Below are positions 10,595-21,658 of a DNA stretch of 64,000 bases, in pieces. A program made the position numbers and the translations under genes. How positions within the stretch are numbered: position 1 is the first letter of the stretch; every line of letters starts with the position of its first letter. The stretch is from Verrucomicrobiota bacterium (GTDB lineage: Bacteria > Verrucomicrobiota > Lentisphaeria > Lentisphaerales > Lentisphaeraceae): positions 1 through 64,000 of the forward strand of contig JBDKFG010000015.1 in the NCBI GenBank assembly GCA_039798785.1, written 5' to 3'. A model generated the notes under the pieces. It was given only the letters and a program-made list of their open reading frames with translations. It ran no database searches and was not told the DNA's origin.

Positions 10595-13033
10595 ATGAAC
10601 ATCCTTGCCGCCTGCTTCGCTGCCTTGACGCTCAGCCCCCTCCTTACCGCTGATGAAGGCACGGATTTCTTCGAGAAGAAAATCCGCCCCGCCCTGGAGA
10701 AATATTGTTACGAATGCCATTCAGATCGGGAGAACAAGATCCGCGGCGGACTCCTCGTCGACACCAAATCCGGCCTCCTCCAAGGAGGCGATTCAGGTCC
10801 TGCCATCGTCCCCGGCAAACTTCAGGAAAGCCTCCTTTGGGACTCGATCAACCACCGCGGCGAATTCAAAATGCCCAAGAACAAGATGCCTCAGGCAGTG
10901 ATCGATGACTTCAAGGCATGGATCGAAATGGGCGCCCCAGATCCTCGCATGCAAGAGAATCTTTTGGTCAAGACCAAGGTGACGCCGGAAAGCATCGCCA
11001 AGGCGCGCAGCTTCTGGTCTCTGCAAGCCCCGAGCTACCAAGCGCCCCTCTCCCAGGTCGAGCATCCCGTCGACGCCTATGTTGCCGACGGTCTAGCCCA
11101 AGCTGGGCTGAAAGCCAGTCCTGCCGCCCCGGCCGCCGAAATCCTCTGCCGTCTTCATTTCGATCTCGTAGGACTGCCGCCGTCACCCGAAGAACTCGCT
11201 GCCTTTACCAGCGAATACAAGAAAGATCCCGATGCCGCCATCGCCGCCCAAGCCGACAAGCTTCTCGCCAGCTCCCACTTCGGCGAACGATGGGGGCGCC
11301 ACTGGCTCGATGTCGCCCGCTATGCTGAGTCGACCGGCCGCGAATTCAACTCCACCTATCCGGATGCCTGGCGCTATCGCGACTATGTCATCAACAGCTT
11401 CAACCAGGACAAGCCTTACGATCAATTCTTGATGGAGCAGATCGCCGGGGATCTGATCAAGATTAAAAGTGATGCGGAATGGACCCGCAACTTGATCGCC
11501 ACCGGCTTCCTCGCCCTCGGGCCGAAAACCCTCACTGATCAGGACGCTCGGCAATTCAAGGCAGACCTCATCGATGAACAGATCGATCTCGTCACTCGCG
11601 GCCTGATGGGCATCACCGTCTCCTGCGCCCGATGCCACGATCATAAATTCGAGGCGATCCCCCAGACGGACTACTACGCCCTCGCCGGCATCTTTCTGAG
11701 TTCGCAAACCTTGTACGGCACTGCCACGGGGCTGCAAAACCGCAATCGCAGCAGCCGCATCCGATTGCCCGTGGCCATGCCGGATCCTCATGCCAAGTCG
11801 ATCGGCAGCGATGAGCTGGCGCGCCTGAAGAAATCCCTGACCGAAGCTGAATCCGAGCTCCGCGCCGCAATCCAGGCTCGGCGCGATGAAGATAAGAAGG
11901 GGGCAAACGCCCAAGGGGATCTTCGCCGCATCACGCTCGCCACCCGCCGGGTCGCTGAACTCACCGAAAAGATCAACTCGGTCAACCCCGACGGCTCGCC
12001 GCGCAGCTATTGCGTCGGCATGCAACCCGGCGAGCCGAAGCAAGCAAGGATCCTTGAACGCGGCGAAGTCGGCAAGGCCGGCCAGCCGATCGAACGCGGC
12101 TTCGTCCAGCTCATCGGGCCGGGGCCGGGCATCGCCAAGGATAGCAACGGACGACTGGAATTGGCCCAGTGGATTGCCGCCAAGGACAACCCGCTGACCT
12201 CAAGGGTCTGGGTCAACCGCATCTGGATGCATCTCTTCGGCGAGGGCCTTGTCCGCAGCCCGGAGGACTTTGGCGTCACTGGCCAAGCGCCCAGTCATCC
12301 TGAACTCCTCGACTATCTCGCGCTTCAGTTCATCCAGGACGGTTGGTCGCTGAAAAAGCTCCTCCGCTCCCTGGTAACCAGCCAGACCTACCGACAGAGC
12401 TCGGCTTTTAACGCCAGCGCCTTCTCTCGCGATCCTGAGAACCAGAAGCTCTGGCGTTACAGCCCACGCCGCCTTGACGCCGAAGCATTGCGCGACCGTC
12501 TTCTCTCCGTGTCCGGCGCTCTTAACCTGACTCCTCCAGGCGGCTCGGAAGTGGCCAAGGAAGGACACAGCGTCCTTGATCCGGTCTTGCAGCAGATCTC
12601 CACTCGGGCGTCCCTCAACACGTCCTGCCGCTCGGTTTACCTGCCGATTCTCCGCGACAAGCTCCCGGCCATGCTCAATGCCTTCGATCTCGGCGACTCG
12701 ATGATCTCCGAAAGCCAGCGTGAGAGAAACAGTACCGCCTCCCAAGCCCTCTTCATGCTCAACAACGAGATCATCAGAGATTGCAGCGAGCTCCTGGCCG
12801 AGCGACTTCTCAAAGAGTCACCTGGCAAAGTCGACAAACAACTGGAAAGGGCTTTCGCCCTCTGTTTTCTTCGAGGCCCTGCCTCACGAGAGCTGAGCGG
12901 AGCCCGTCAGCTCTACGAAACAGTCTTGCGCGCCCCCGATCTCAAATCGCTGAGCGAAACCGAACGTAGCCGCAAGGCTCTGAGCACTGTTTGCCAAGCC
13001 CTCTTCGCGTCAGCCGAATTCCGTTTTCAATGA
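10595..13033 (+). CDS. Planctomycete cytochrome c (PSCyt1)-DUF1549-DUF1553 protein
   Basis: FFEKKIRP..CYECH, HFGERWGRHWLDVARY, AWRYRDYVI, CARCHDHKF, NPLTSRVWVNRIW, PSHPELLDYLA, RRLDAEALRD. Confidence 0.93.
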   Translation: MNILAACFAALTLSPLLTADEGTDFFEKKIRPALEKYCYECHSDRENKIRGGLLVDTKSGLLQGGDSGPAIVPGKLQESLLWDSINHRGEFKMPKNKMPQAVIDDFKAWIEMGAPDPRMQENLLVKTKVTPESIAKARSFWSLQAPSYQAPLSQVEHPVDAYVADGLAQAGLKASPAAPAAEILCRLHFDLVGLPPSPEELAAFTSEYKKDPDAAIAAQADKLLASSHFGERWGRHWLDVARYAESTGREFNSTYPDAWRYRDYVINSFNQDKPYDQFLMEQIAGDLIKIKSDAEWTRNLIATGFLALGPKTLTDQDARQFKADLIDEQIDLVTRGLMGITVSCARCHDHKFEAIPQTDYYALAGIFLSSQTLYGTATGLQNRNRSSRIRLPVAMPDPHAKSIGSDELARLKKSLTEAESELRAAIQARRDEDKKGANAQGDLRRITLATRRVAELTEKINSVNPDGSPRSYCVGMQPGEPKQARILERGEVGKAGQPIERGFVQLIGPGPGIAKDSNGRLELAQWIAAKDNPLTSRVWVNRIWMHLFGEGLVRSPEDFGVTGQAPSHPELLDYLALQFIQDGWSLKKLLRSLVTSQTYRQSSAFNASAFSRDPENQKLWRYSPRRLDAEALRDRLLSVSGALNLTPPGGSEVAKEGHSVLDPVLQQISTRASLNTSCRSVYLPILRDKLPAMLNAFDLGDSMISESQRERNSTASQALFMLNNEIIRDCSELLAERLLKESPGKVDKQLERAFALCFLRGPASRELSGARQLYETVLRAPDLKSLSETERSRKALSTVCQALFASAEFRFQ

Positions 13034-13068
13034 CTGCCACATCCAACCTCAAAGCCCCAGGAGATCCC

Positions 13069-14409
13069 ATGTTGACCCGCCGCGACTTCCTCGCCACCAG
13101 CAGCCTGGCCTTTGTCTCCCTTGGCTTGGGCCTGCCTCTTGTCGCAGCCGATTCCAACGGCAAGCCGCACTTCACCCCCCGGGCGAAACGCGTCATCTTC
13201 CTCAACATGCGCGGCGCCCCCTCCCATGTCGACCTTTTCGATCCGAAACCAGCTCTTCAGAAAGCCCAAGGCAAAACCGGGCGCAATGGCCGCCCCCTGC
13301 TCGCCCCTCCTTACACATTCAAAACGCAAGGGAAAAGCGGCCTCGCCTTCTCCGAGCTTCTTCCTGAGCTCGGAAAGCAGGCTGACGGCATCTGCCTGCT
13401 CAGCGGCATGTTCACTGATCAGCCCAACCATCCGCAAGCCCAGACCAAGCTCCACACCGGCAATTTCCAGTTCGCCCGTCCCTCTCTCGGTGCCTGGATA
13501 GTCTATGGTCTCGGCACTGAAAATCCGCAGCTGCCCGGCTTCATCACCCTCAGCCCTGCTTCAGGAACTTCTCCACACTACGGCAGCGCCTTCCTTCCCA
13601 GCCGCTTCCAAGGTACGGCAATCGGCCGGGCCCAGCGGGGAGGCGGGCGCTTCGCCAACAGCCAGCCCCAGCTCGCCGACATCAAAAACCCTGATCTCGG
13701 CACCAAACTCCAAAAACAACAGCTCGAATTCATTCAGGAACTCAATCAGGCCGAACTCCAACGCCAAGGTGAAAACCCTGAAATCCAAGGTGTCATCGAC
13801 TCCTACTCGATGGCCTACGCCATGCAAGGAAGCCTCCCCAAGCTGATGGATCTCAGCCAAGAGAGCAAGGCCACTCAGGCGCTCTACGGACTCGATCAAC
13901 AAGACTCCGCTCCCTTCGGACGCGAATGTCTCCTCGCCCGACGCCTCGTCGAAGCAGGTGTCCGCTTCGTTGAAATCTCCCATGACGGCTGGGACCATCA
14001 TTTCAATCTCAAAAACCAACTCGCCAGCTCCTGCCGCCAGATCGACCGCCCAATCGCCGGTCTCCTCGCCGACTTGAAGCAGCGAGGCCTCTTGAATGAC
14101 ACCCTTGTCGTCTTCTCAGGTGAATTCGGTCGCACGCCCGATTCCGCCAATGGCAACGGACGCGATCACAACTTCAAGGGTTTCACTTCCTGGATGGCCG
14201 GGGGAGGGGTGAAATGCGGTTTCCGTCACGGCGCTACAGATGATCTCGGTTATGAGGCCGTTGAGGGCAGAATGGATACCCATGACTTCCATGCCAGCAT
14301 CCTGCACCTCCTCGGCCTCGATCACACTCGCCTGACCTATAACTACGCCGGCCGAGACTTCCGTCTCACCGATGTCTATGGCAAGGTCGCCAAAGAGATT
14401 CTTGCCTGA
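13069..14409 (+). CDS. DUF1501 family protein (Tat-exported)
   Basis: TRRDFL twin-arginine signal, AKRVIFL.M.GAPSHVDLFD, ARRLVEAGVRFVE, GEFGRTP, GRDHN, GRDFRLTDV. This is the usual partner of DUF1553. Confidence 0.93.
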   Translation: MLTRRDFLATSSLAFVSLGLGLPLVAADSNGKPHFTPRAKRVIFLNMRGAPSHVDLFDPKPALQKAQGKTGRNGRPLLAPPYTFKTQGKSGLAFSELLPELGKQADGICLLSGMFTDQPNHPQAQTKLHTGNFQFARPSLGAWIVYGLGTENPQLPGFITLSPASGTSPHYGSAFLPSRFQGTAIGRAQRGGGRFANSQPQLADIKNPDLGTKLQKQQLEFIQELNQAELQRQGENPEIQGVIDSYSMAYAMQGSLPKLMDLSQESKATQALYGLDQQDSAPFGRECLLARRLVEAGVRFVEISHDGWDHHFNLKNQLASSCRQIDRPIAGLLADLKQRGLLNDTLVVFSGEFGRTPDSANGNGRDHNFKGFTSWMAGGGVKCGFRHGATDDLGYEAVEGRMDTHDFHASILHLLGLDHTRLTYNYAGRDFRLTDVYGKVAKEILA

Positions 14410-14449
14410 TTTCCACCCAGTTTCAATACCAAGAACCCAGGATCGTCTC

Positions 14450-14959
14450 ATGAATCCCTTCTCCCTCCTGCTGCTCGCATCCACGATTTCTCTCGGTGCT
14501 GACGAGAAAGCCCAGCCGACTTCACCTTCGCCCGCTGATTCCGATCCCCGTGCTGAAATGCGCGAGCGACTCGCCAAACTTCCACCGGAAATCCGTGAAG
14601 TCATCGCCTCTCTGTCTCCTGAGGAACGTCGGAAATTGCGTGATATGAGTCCTGAGCAGCGTCGCGCCTTCATCGCCGATCTGCTTAAAAAAGCAGGCAA
14701 GGATCCCTCTCAGATCCGTCCACCAGATGGAAAATCTGCCGACGCCAAGACGGATCAAGCCCTTCCCCAGAAGCCGCAATCCGCTTCTGACATGGATGCC
14801 CCGGAAGAACGACGCAAAAGACGGGAAGAAATGGTCGAGAAAATGAAAAACATGAGCCCCGAGGAACGCCAAGCTTTCATCGAGGAAATGAAGGCCCGCC
14901 GCGATCGTCGTAACGGCGATAAAGTCGAAGAAGGTGGCGTCATCCCGAAACGGCCCTAA
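14450..14959 (+). CDS. Secreted, highly charged helical protein with (L/M)SPEER repeats
   Basis: Signal peptide MNPFSLLLLASTISLGA and repeats SLSPEERR, DMSPEQRR, NMSPEERQ. Confidence 0.7.
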   Translation: MNPFSLLLLASTISLGADEKAQPTSPSPADSDPRAEMRERLAKLPPEIREVIASLSPEERRKLRDMSPEQRRAFIADLLKKAGKDPSQIRPPDGKSADAKTDQALPQKPQSASDMDAPEERRKRREEMVEKMKNMSPEERQAFIEEMKARRDRRNGDKVEEGGVIPKRP

Positions 14960-14984
14960 ACCCACCTTGCAGAGCGAGAACTCC

Positions 14985-15115
14985 CATGGTAGCCCAGTGT
15001 CGCATCGACCCGATGCGTGTCGGCGAACTAGGGCGATCTCCAACCCAGGGTCATCGCCGATGCGGCTCGACCCCGGGCTACCATGTCCGACCCGCAATGG
15101 GTCGAGCGACAGAAT
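14985..15115. repeat. REP/MITE-like nested palindrome
   Basis: CATGGTAGCCC...GGGCTACCATG outer arms with internal hairpins. Shares a 19-nt exact segment with the element at 160-270. Confidence 0.6.
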
Positions 15116-15402
15116 TCTGCAGAATCCAGACCGGAAGCTTTTTTGCAGGGGTTCCCTGCATGCCTTATGAGGTATCTTGGATACGCGTACCCTTTGCACT
15201 CCAAAGATCAAGCCCCATTCACCACCACACAAATGCAACGTCATTTGTAGCATTTGATCCAATTGATGATGCGCGAGAAATCGAGGCTTGTCGAGGTTTT
15301 TTTGCGTACATAAATACCCCCATCTGTCGGGTCAGGCAAGCAAGCGTCTGTGCGGCTGATGGATTTTAGAATTAACTATTTATGACGCGTTCCTCAAAAG
15401 TC

Positions 15403-15486
15403 ACCGCGTAGCGGTCGAAGCTGGCTTAGCCTGGGGCATCGCCCCAGGTTTTGAGCGTGAAAGGGTGCCGCCTCGCGTAGCGAGCG
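15403..15486. repeat. REP-like palindromic element
   Basis: ACCGCGTAGCGGT, CCTGGGGCATCGCCCCAGG and CTCGCGTAGCGAG hairpins in series. Confidence 0.5.
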
Positions 15487-15554
15487 CAGGTAATATACAT
15501 TATGCGAAAACTTGTCCCTTGCGAGCATTGTAGGTTTTCCGGTTTCGCGCCGAC

Positions 15555-15935
15555 TTGAAAATATCTATGCTTACTGTGCGGACGAGCACGCCCCAGCCCG
15601 GCTCGCGCCGCTGCGCGACGAGCTCTGCAAGGACAGTCTCGCCGAGATCATGGCGGCTCTCATCGGCAACTGGAAGGTCGCATCACTCTGGCTGCTGCTA
15701 TGCATGGAAATACAGCCGTCGCGAGATCGCGAACTCGACACCGAAATCCATCGCCTTATCGAAGCCGCTCCTGCCGGTGGAATCCACCGTGCTGGAGGAA
15801 GCACCGCCGCAGCTCGAAGAAAAGCCGAAGGAGGAGAAGGAAGGCCCCCGCCAGCTGGAGACCGTCATTGAGCAGCCCCGCCATCAGGTCAAATCCCTCT
15901 CTCCAGCTCGAAAAGCAGCCGCAGGCTTCCACTGA
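15555..15935 (+). pseudogene. Frameshifted gene remnant, unknown product
   Basis: Host-like codon usage in one frame to ~15770 (SLAEIMAALIGNWKV..), then in a second frame (VESTVLEEAPPQLEEKPKEE..). No clear start. Confidence 0.3.
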
Positions 15936-16098
15936 CTCAAATCGGAACTGAGGACGGAACGGCGGCGCGGCGGGAGGGCGGTGAGCTTAACCTGGATTAG
16001 CGAACCAAGCTGAGCGTGCGCTCAGCTTGGTAATCCTGGATTCAGTTTTAAAATTGCAGATAAGCTCGAGAGTCACGAGTTCGTCGAGTTGAGCTCAA

Positions 16099-16181
16099 GT
16101 TTGTAACACCGGCTTTAGCCAGCTTGTTCTGCATCTGCCAGATTTTGAGCTAAACGGCCGGCTGAAGCCGGAGCTACAAAC
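16099..16181. repeat. REP doublet (GTAG-type)
   Basis: GTTTGTAACACCGGCTTTAGCC ... GGCTGAAGCCGGAGCTACAAAC imperfect inverted pair, each arm with an internal palindrome. Confidence 0.6.
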
Positions 16182-16254
16182 AGAACTCTTGACTCTCGAG
16201 GATATTGAAAATCCGCGTTGGAATCGACCGGCAGCTTCGGAATCCAGGCTTAAT

Positions 16255-17139
16255 TCAAAGCTTCAGGCCGGAAGCACGGGCGGCGGCAAGGACGACTTGG
16301 CGGTTGCTGTCGCTGATGGCGCAGAGGGGCAGACGCATCTCTTCGCTGCACAAACCCATGGTCGCGGCGAGGGTTTTTGCCGGGATGGGGTTGGACTCGA
16401 CAAAGAGGTCGCGCATCAAGGGCCAGAGCTTGTGGTGGATGGCGGCGGCGGTGGCGTAGTCGCCTTTGAGCGCGGCGGCTACCTTGTCGGAGGTCTCGCG
16501 AGGCATGACGTTGGAAATCACCGAAATGACGCCCTTGGCGCCGAGGCACATCATCGGCAGGGTGAGCATATCGTCACCCGAGAGAATGGTGAGCTCAGGG
16601 CAGGCTGCGCGATATTGGCTGACTTTGTCGACATTACCCGACGCTTCCTTCATCGCCACGACGGTGGGGAGTTTGGCCAGGCGGGCGACGGTGGCGACCG
16701 AAATTTCGATGCCCGAACGACCGGGGACGTTATAGAGGATAATCGGCATCGGGGTGGCTTCGGCAATGGCCTTGAAGTGGAGGTACATGCCTTCCTGCGT
16801 CGGCTTATTGTAATACGGAGCGACCTGGAGACTGCCTTGGGCTCCATCCTTGCAGGCTTGGATGGTGAGCTCGAGGGCTTCTTTGGTGGAATTGCCGCCG
16901 GTCCCGGCGATGACGGTGCAACGGCCTTTGGCTTTCTGAACGGCGAAGCGGATGACGGCGGAATGTTCGTCCATGTCGAGTGTAGGAGACTCGCCTGTGG
17001 TTCCGACGGCGACGATGCCGGAGACGCCGCCAGCGATCTGGAATTCGATCATTTTCTCGAAGGCTGCCCAGTCGACCTGACCGTCGCGGAAGGGAGTGAG
17101 GATGGCGGTGTAGACGCCGGAGAAGGAGTTTTTGCTCAT
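16255..17139 (-). CDS. dapA: 4-hydroxy-tetrahydrodipicolinate synthase
   Basis: GTTGES, IAGTGGNST, PYYNKPTQEG, LYNVPGR, MKEASG, LSGDD, ESNPIPAK. Confidence 0.96.
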   Translation of the reverse strand: MSKNSFSGVYTAILTPFRDGQVDWAAFEKMIEFQIAGGVSGIVAVGTTGESPTLDMDEHSAVIRFAVQKAKGRCTVIAGTGGNSTKEALELTIQACKDGAQGSLQVAPYYNKPTQEGMYLHFKAIAEATPMPIILYNVPGRSGIEISVATVARLAKLPTVVAMKEASGNVDKVSQYRAACPELTILSGDDMLTLPMMCLGAKGVISVISNVMPRETSDKVAAALKGDYATAAAIHHKLWPLMRDLFVESNPIPAKTLAATMGLCSEEMRLPLCAISDSNRQVVLAAARASGLKL

Positions 17140-17199
17140 GTGTTTTGTCCTTTAGGTTGTGAAAATCGGGATGAGGCTGTGCTGGAAGTCTGGTGCGAT

Positions 17200-18279
17200 T
17201 CAGTGGCTGCGTTTTATGAAGTACTCAGCGAGTTCGAAGAGGAGCTGGCGCCAGGAGTTGTCGGGAAGGCAGCAGAGGGCCTCATTGGCTTCGGCGCAAA
17301 GACGGCGGGCAAGTTCCTCGGTGCTGGCCAGGGCGCCGCTGCGCTTGAGGATGAGGCGGACTTCATCGAGCTCTTCATGAGTGAGGCTGGGGTTGCCGAG
17401 GCAGTCGAGGAGGAAACCTTGATCGGCGGGCGAGGCGGCATCGAGCGCTCGGCGGATCAGCAGCGTGGCCTTGGCGCTGCGGATGTCGGCACCTACGGGC
17501 TTACCCCAATCAGGCGAGTCGGCATAGACGCCGAGGATGTCGTCGCGTAGCTGAAAGGCGAGGCCGGCTTTCAGGGCCCAGGTGCCGAGAGCTTTCAGAC
17601 GCGGATCGTCATAGCAATCGAGGCCGAGCCCGAGAAGGGCACCAGTTTGAACGCAGAACTCCAGCAAGGACCCCGTCTTGCCGTGCAGCATCGACAGGAT
17701 CTCGGCTTCGTCAATGCTGTCGAGATCGCGGTATTCGAACTCGACGTCGATCGCCTCGCCCGAGAGAAGCTCCGGATAGACCTTGCCGGCCAGACGCTCG
17801 GTGATGGCGACGAATTGCGAGGCGCTGATTTTCTCCTGACGGACGGCTGCGCTCAATGTGCTCAATACCCAGGCTTGTTGCAGGTCGCCGGTGAGAAGAC
17901 CGAAAGACAGTCCATATCGGGCGGCGGCTTCGACGGAACAGTCGAAGCTCTTCGCCGCGTGGAATTCCAGGGCTGCGTGGGAGCTGGGTTTGCCGCGACG
18001 GGTGCGGTCGCCATCGATAATGTCGTCGTGCACCAAGGTCCAAGTGTGAGTCAACTCGGCGGAGAGAGCAGCCGCCATGGCTGTGTCGCGATCGCCTCCG
18101 AAGAGCTGGCAGGTCCAGAGAACCAGGGCGGGACGGAGACGCTTGCCGCCGTTGGCCGGGTAAGCTGCGACTTCATCGGACAAGCAACGAGGGCTGACCA
18201 GACGCGGGAAGGACGCCGCCGCGAGGGCGGCGTCGATCTGGGCCGCGGTGGCGGCGAGTTCTGGACCGAGCAGACTCAC
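17200..18279 (-). CDS. Short-chain polyprenyl diphosphate synthase (IdsA/GGPP synthase-like)
   Basis: GGKRLRP, FARM LVHDDIIDGD..RRG, KTG, SARM AFQLRDDILG, GKPVGADI. Confidence 0.92.
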   Translation of the reverse strand: MSLLGPELAATAAQIDAALAAASFPRLVSPRCLSDEVAAYPANGGKRLRPALVLWTCQLFGGDRDTAMAAALSAELTHTWTLVHDDIIDGDRTRRGKPSSHAALEFHAAKSFDCSVEAAARYGLSFGLLTGDLQQAWVLSTLSAAVRQEKISASQFVAITERLAGKVYPELLSGEAIDVEFEYRDLDSIDEAEILSMLHGKTGSLLEFCVQTGALLGLGLDCYDDPRLKALGTWALKAGLAFQLRDDILGVYADSPDWGKPVGADIRSAKATLLIRRALDAASPADQGFLLDCLGNPSLTHEELDEVRLILKRSGALASTEELARRLCAEANEALCCLPDNSWRQLLFELAEYFIKRSH

Positions 18280-19580
18280 ACGTTGACGCTGCCGGTGAGC
18301 AGCTTGGCGACGACGCGGTCGTGGTTCTTCTCAATGACGGTGAGCCAGCCTCCGGCGACGCCTTCGACATCGAAAACATGGAAGCGGGCGGCATCTTCAT
18401 CCCGGTTGTAGCCAATGCGGGTGCCGCGAGGGAGAACGACATGTTTATCGATGATGGCGTTGCGGATCTGGCAATCTTCACCGATCTCGACGCCATCCAT
18501 CAGGATCGAGTCGACCACGGTGGAGTAGGAGTGCACATGAACTTCCGGCGACAGGATCGAGCCGATGACAGTGGAGCCGGAGACGATACAACCGTCGCAG
18601 ACAACGGAGTTGATAGCCTTGCCGATGCGCGGCTTGCCGTCGCGTCCGACTTCCTCGTTGTGGACGAATTTTGCCGGCGGCAGGGGCAGGTGGTAGGTGT
18701 GGATCGGCCATTGCGGCGAGTAGAGGTCCAGATTGGGTTCGACATTGCGGAGATCCATGTTGGCCTCGTAGAAGGCCTGCATGGTGCCGACGTCGCGCCA
18801 GTAGTTGGGCTTGCCGGGCTTCTGGCCTGGGATGCGGTTGTCGTCAAAGTTGTAGGCGTAGAGGCGGCCGGAGCCGACGGCTGCGGGGAGGATGTTATAA
18901 CCAAAGTCGTGTTTGGAGTTGGGATCGGCTTCGTCCTTTTCGAGTGCTTCGCAAATCCACTTGGCGTCGAAGAGGTAATTGCCCATGGAGGCGAGGCACC
19001 AGCCCGGGCGGCCGGGAATCTCGGCGGCGCCGGACTTGGGTTTCTCCTGGAATCCGGTGATTCGGCCGGCGTCATCGACCTGGATGATGCCGAACTGGTC
19101 GGCTTCGGCGACGGGCACCGGAATGGCGGCGACGGTGGCGAGTGCATTGTTCTTGACGTGGAAGGCGGTCATCTGGCTGATGTCCATCTTGTAGATGTGA
19201 TCGGCCCCGAAGACAGCCAGAAGCTCGGGGTTGAAGTCTCTGACGAGGTGAATGTTCTGCCAGATGGCGTTGGCGGTGCCGGAATACCAGCTCTTTTTCG
19301 CCGATTGCATCTGTGCCGGGACAGGGACGATGAATTGGCCGCGGATCAGCGAGGAGATGTTCCAGCCGTTGATGATGTGCTCGGTCATCGACTGCGATCG
19401 GAACTGCGTGATGACGAAGAGCGAGTGAATGCCAGAGTTGATGAAGTTGGAGAGGACGAAGTCGATGATGCGATATTTGCCGCCGAAGGGAACTGCGGGC
19501 TTGGCTCGCTTGGTGGTGAGGGGGGAGAGACGGGTGCCCTCGCCGCCGGCGAGGATCATGCCTAGAATTGAATGACGCAT
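18276..19580 (-). CDS. glgC: Glucose-1-phosphate adenylyltransferase
   Basis: [63 protein letters not shown]. Confidence 0.97.
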   Translation of the reverse strand: MRHSILGMILAGGEGTRLSPLTTKRAKPAVPFGGKYRIIDFVLSNFINSGIHSLFVITQFRSQSMTEHIINGWNISSLIRGQFIVPVPAQMQSAKKSWYSGTANAIWQNIHLVRDFNPELLAVFGADHIYKMDISQMTAFHVKNNALATVAAIPVPVAEADQFGIIQVDDAGRITGFQEKPKSGAAEIPGRPGWCLASMGNYLFDAKWICEALEKDEADPNSKHDFGYNILPAAVGSGRLYAYNFDDNRIPGQKPGKPNYWRDVGTMQAFYEANMDLRNVEPNLDLYSPQWPIHTYHLPLPPAKFVHNEEVGRDGKPRIGKAINSVVCDGCIVSGSTVIGSILSPEVHVHSYSTVVDSILMDGVEIGEDCQIRNAIIDKHVVLPRGTRIGYNRDEDAARFHVFDVEGVAGGWLTVIEKNHDRVVAKLLTGSVNV

Positions 19581-19777
19581 GGGGACTCCAGTTTTGGGTG
19601 ATGCTACAAGAAGCCGGATAATTTAGCCTGCATGCCGGAGCTGCAAGGGGGCGGCATGATGTTGTTGTCGATGTGACACGGGGATTTCCCTGCCGCCACA
19701 AGCATCCATCCCGCTTGATTCCTCGATCTGCGAAGCTAGCCTAAGAGTCCCGATTCCCGATTTGAACCGCGAGGTTA

Positions 19778-20314
19778 ATGATGAAGCCCAGCCTTTTCTG
19801 CCTGATCGACCTGCAAGAGAAACTCGTCCCGGCGATGTCGGAACGTGCGGAGGCTCTGATCCAGCGATCCGGCAAAGCTCTGCAAGCGGCCCGCCTGCTT
19901 CAAATCCCAGTCCTTCTCACCGAGCAATATCCCAAGGGACTGGGAAGCACCGTGCCGGCAATCGCCTCATGCGCGCCCGGCCTGCCTGTCCTGGAAAAGA
20001 CCAGTTTCTCGGCTTTTGGAGCGGCGGGCTTCGACGCAATGGTAGTCGGGCATCGCGCCCGGCGTCTGATTCTTGCCGGCATCGAAGCTCACGTCTGCGT
20101 CCGCCAGACCTGCCTCGACGCCCTTGCCCGAGGTCTTGAAGTCCGCCTCCTCGCGGATTGCACCGAGTCGCGCTCCGTGCGCGACCGCGATCTGGCTTTG
20201 CGGGAGCTCGAGCAAAAGGGCGTCGAAATCATCGGCTTCGAAGCTTGGGCCTTCGGCGAGATGCGCGACGCCAAACATCCTGCTTTCAAAGCCATCTCGG
20301 CCCTGGTCCGCTGA
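19778..20314 (+). CDS. Isochorismatase-family hydrolase
   Basis: [35 protein letters not shown]. Confidence 0.9.
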   Translation: MMKPSLFCLIDLQEKLVPAMSERAEALIQRSGKALQAARLLQIPVLLTEQYPKGLGSTVPAIASCAPGLPVLEKTSFSAFGAAGFDAMVVGHRARRLILAGIEAHVCVRQTCLDALARGLEVRLLADCTESRSVRDRDLALRELEQKGVEIIGFEAWAFGEMRDAKHPAFKAISALVR

Positions 20315-20402
20315 CACCGTCATAAGACCGGAACTTAGCAGAATCGAGATTAAAGTCGAAGTACCGACTTTTTTGCAAACCACAACCGAAACGGAGTTCT
20401 CC

Positions 20403-21524
20403 ATGAGCAAGCCCGCGATCAAACCTGCCTGCCCCAACTTCTCGAGCGGCCCCTGCGCCAAGCGCCCCGGCTACGACCTGGCCAAGCTGCCCTTCGCCGC
20501 CACCGCCGGCCGCTCGCACCGCTCCGGCGTCGGCAAGAAGGCCCTCAAGGAAGCCATCGACCTCTCCAAGAAGATCCTCGGCCTGCCCGAAGGCTACCGC
20601 CTCGGCATCGTCCCGGCCTCCGATACCGGCGCCGTCGAGATGTTCCTCTGGTCCGCCCTCGGTGCCCGCGGCGTCGACGTCTTCCACTGGGAATCCTTCG
20701 GCCAGGAATGGATGACCGACATCACCAAGCAGCTCAAGCTCAAAGACGTCCGCGTCTTCACCGCTCCTTACGGCCAGCTCCCCGACATGTCCCAGGCCGC
20801 CAAGGACCGCGATGTCATCTTCACCTGGAACGGCACCACCTCCGGCGTCCGCGTCGCCAACGCCGACTTCATCGCCGACGACCGCGAAGGCCTCTCCATC
20901 TGCGACGCCACCTCGTCCTGCTTCGCCATGGAAATGCCCTGGCACAAGCTCGACGTCGTCACCTTCTCCTGGCAGAAGGTTCTCGGCTCCGAAGGCGCCC
21001 ACGGCGTCCTCATCCTCTCGCCCCGCGCCGTCGCCCGCCTCGAGTCCTTCACCCCCGACCGCCCCCTGCCCAAGATCTTCCGCATGACCAAGGGCGGCAA
21101 GGTCACCGAGGACCTCTTCGAAGGCGCCACCATCAACACCCCCTCGATGCTCGCCGTCGCCGACTACCTCGACGCCCTCAAGTGGGCCGAATCGATCGGC
21201 GGCTTCCCCGCCCTCAAGGCCCGCACCGAGGCCAACTTCGCCGCCGTCGCCCGCTTCGTCGAGAAGACCCCCTGGATCCACTTCCTTGCCAAGGACGCCG
21301 CGGTCCGCTCCACCACCTCGGTCTGCCTCACCCTCGACCTGCCAGACGACAAGGTCACCGCCCTGGTGAAACTGATCGACAAGGAAGGCGTCGGCTACGA
21401 CCTCGGCGCCTATCGCGACGCCCCTCCCGGCCTGCGCATCTGGTGCGGCGCCACCGTCGAGTCCAGCGACGTCGAAGCCCTCCTCCCCTGGCTCGAATGG
21501 GCCTACGCCGAGGTTCAGAAGTGA
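20403..21524 (+). CDS. serC: Phosphoserine aminotransferase (Methanosarcina/alphaproteobacterial type)
   Basis: [72 protein letters not shown]. Confidence 0.95.
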   Translation: MSKPAIKPACPNFSSGPCAKRPGYDLAKLPFAATAGRSHRSGVGKKALKEAIDLSKKILGLPEGYRLGIVPASDTGAVEMFLWSALGARGVDVFHWESFGQEWMTDITKQLKLKDVRVFTAPYGQLPDMSQAAKDRDVIFTWNGTTSGVRVANADFIADDREGLSICDATSSCFAMEMPWHKLDVVTFSWQKVLGSEGAHGVLILSPRAVARLESFTPDRPLPKIFRMTKGGKVTEDLFEGATINTPSMLAVADYLDALKWAESIGGFPALKARTEANFAAVARFVEKTPWIHFLAKDAAVRSTTSVCLTLDLPDDKVTALVKLIDKEGVGYDLGAYRDAPPGLRIWCGATVESSDVEALLPWLEWAYAEVQK

Positions 21525-21602
21525 AACATGCTCTCGTTTTCGCCGCTGGTGGGGTGCTGATGATCCTCAGCCGACCAGGGCTGAAGGCCTGACAACCATG
21601 CC

Positions 21603-21628
21603 CGCCGCGAGGTCACTCGCGGCGTTTT
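21603..21628 (+). terminator. Rho-independent terminator
   Basis: CGCCGCGAG-gtca-CTCGCGGCG-TTTT between convergent serC and pta. Confidence 0.65.
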
Positions 21629-21658
21629 AAATTGATGATTTCGTCCGCAACGATGCCC

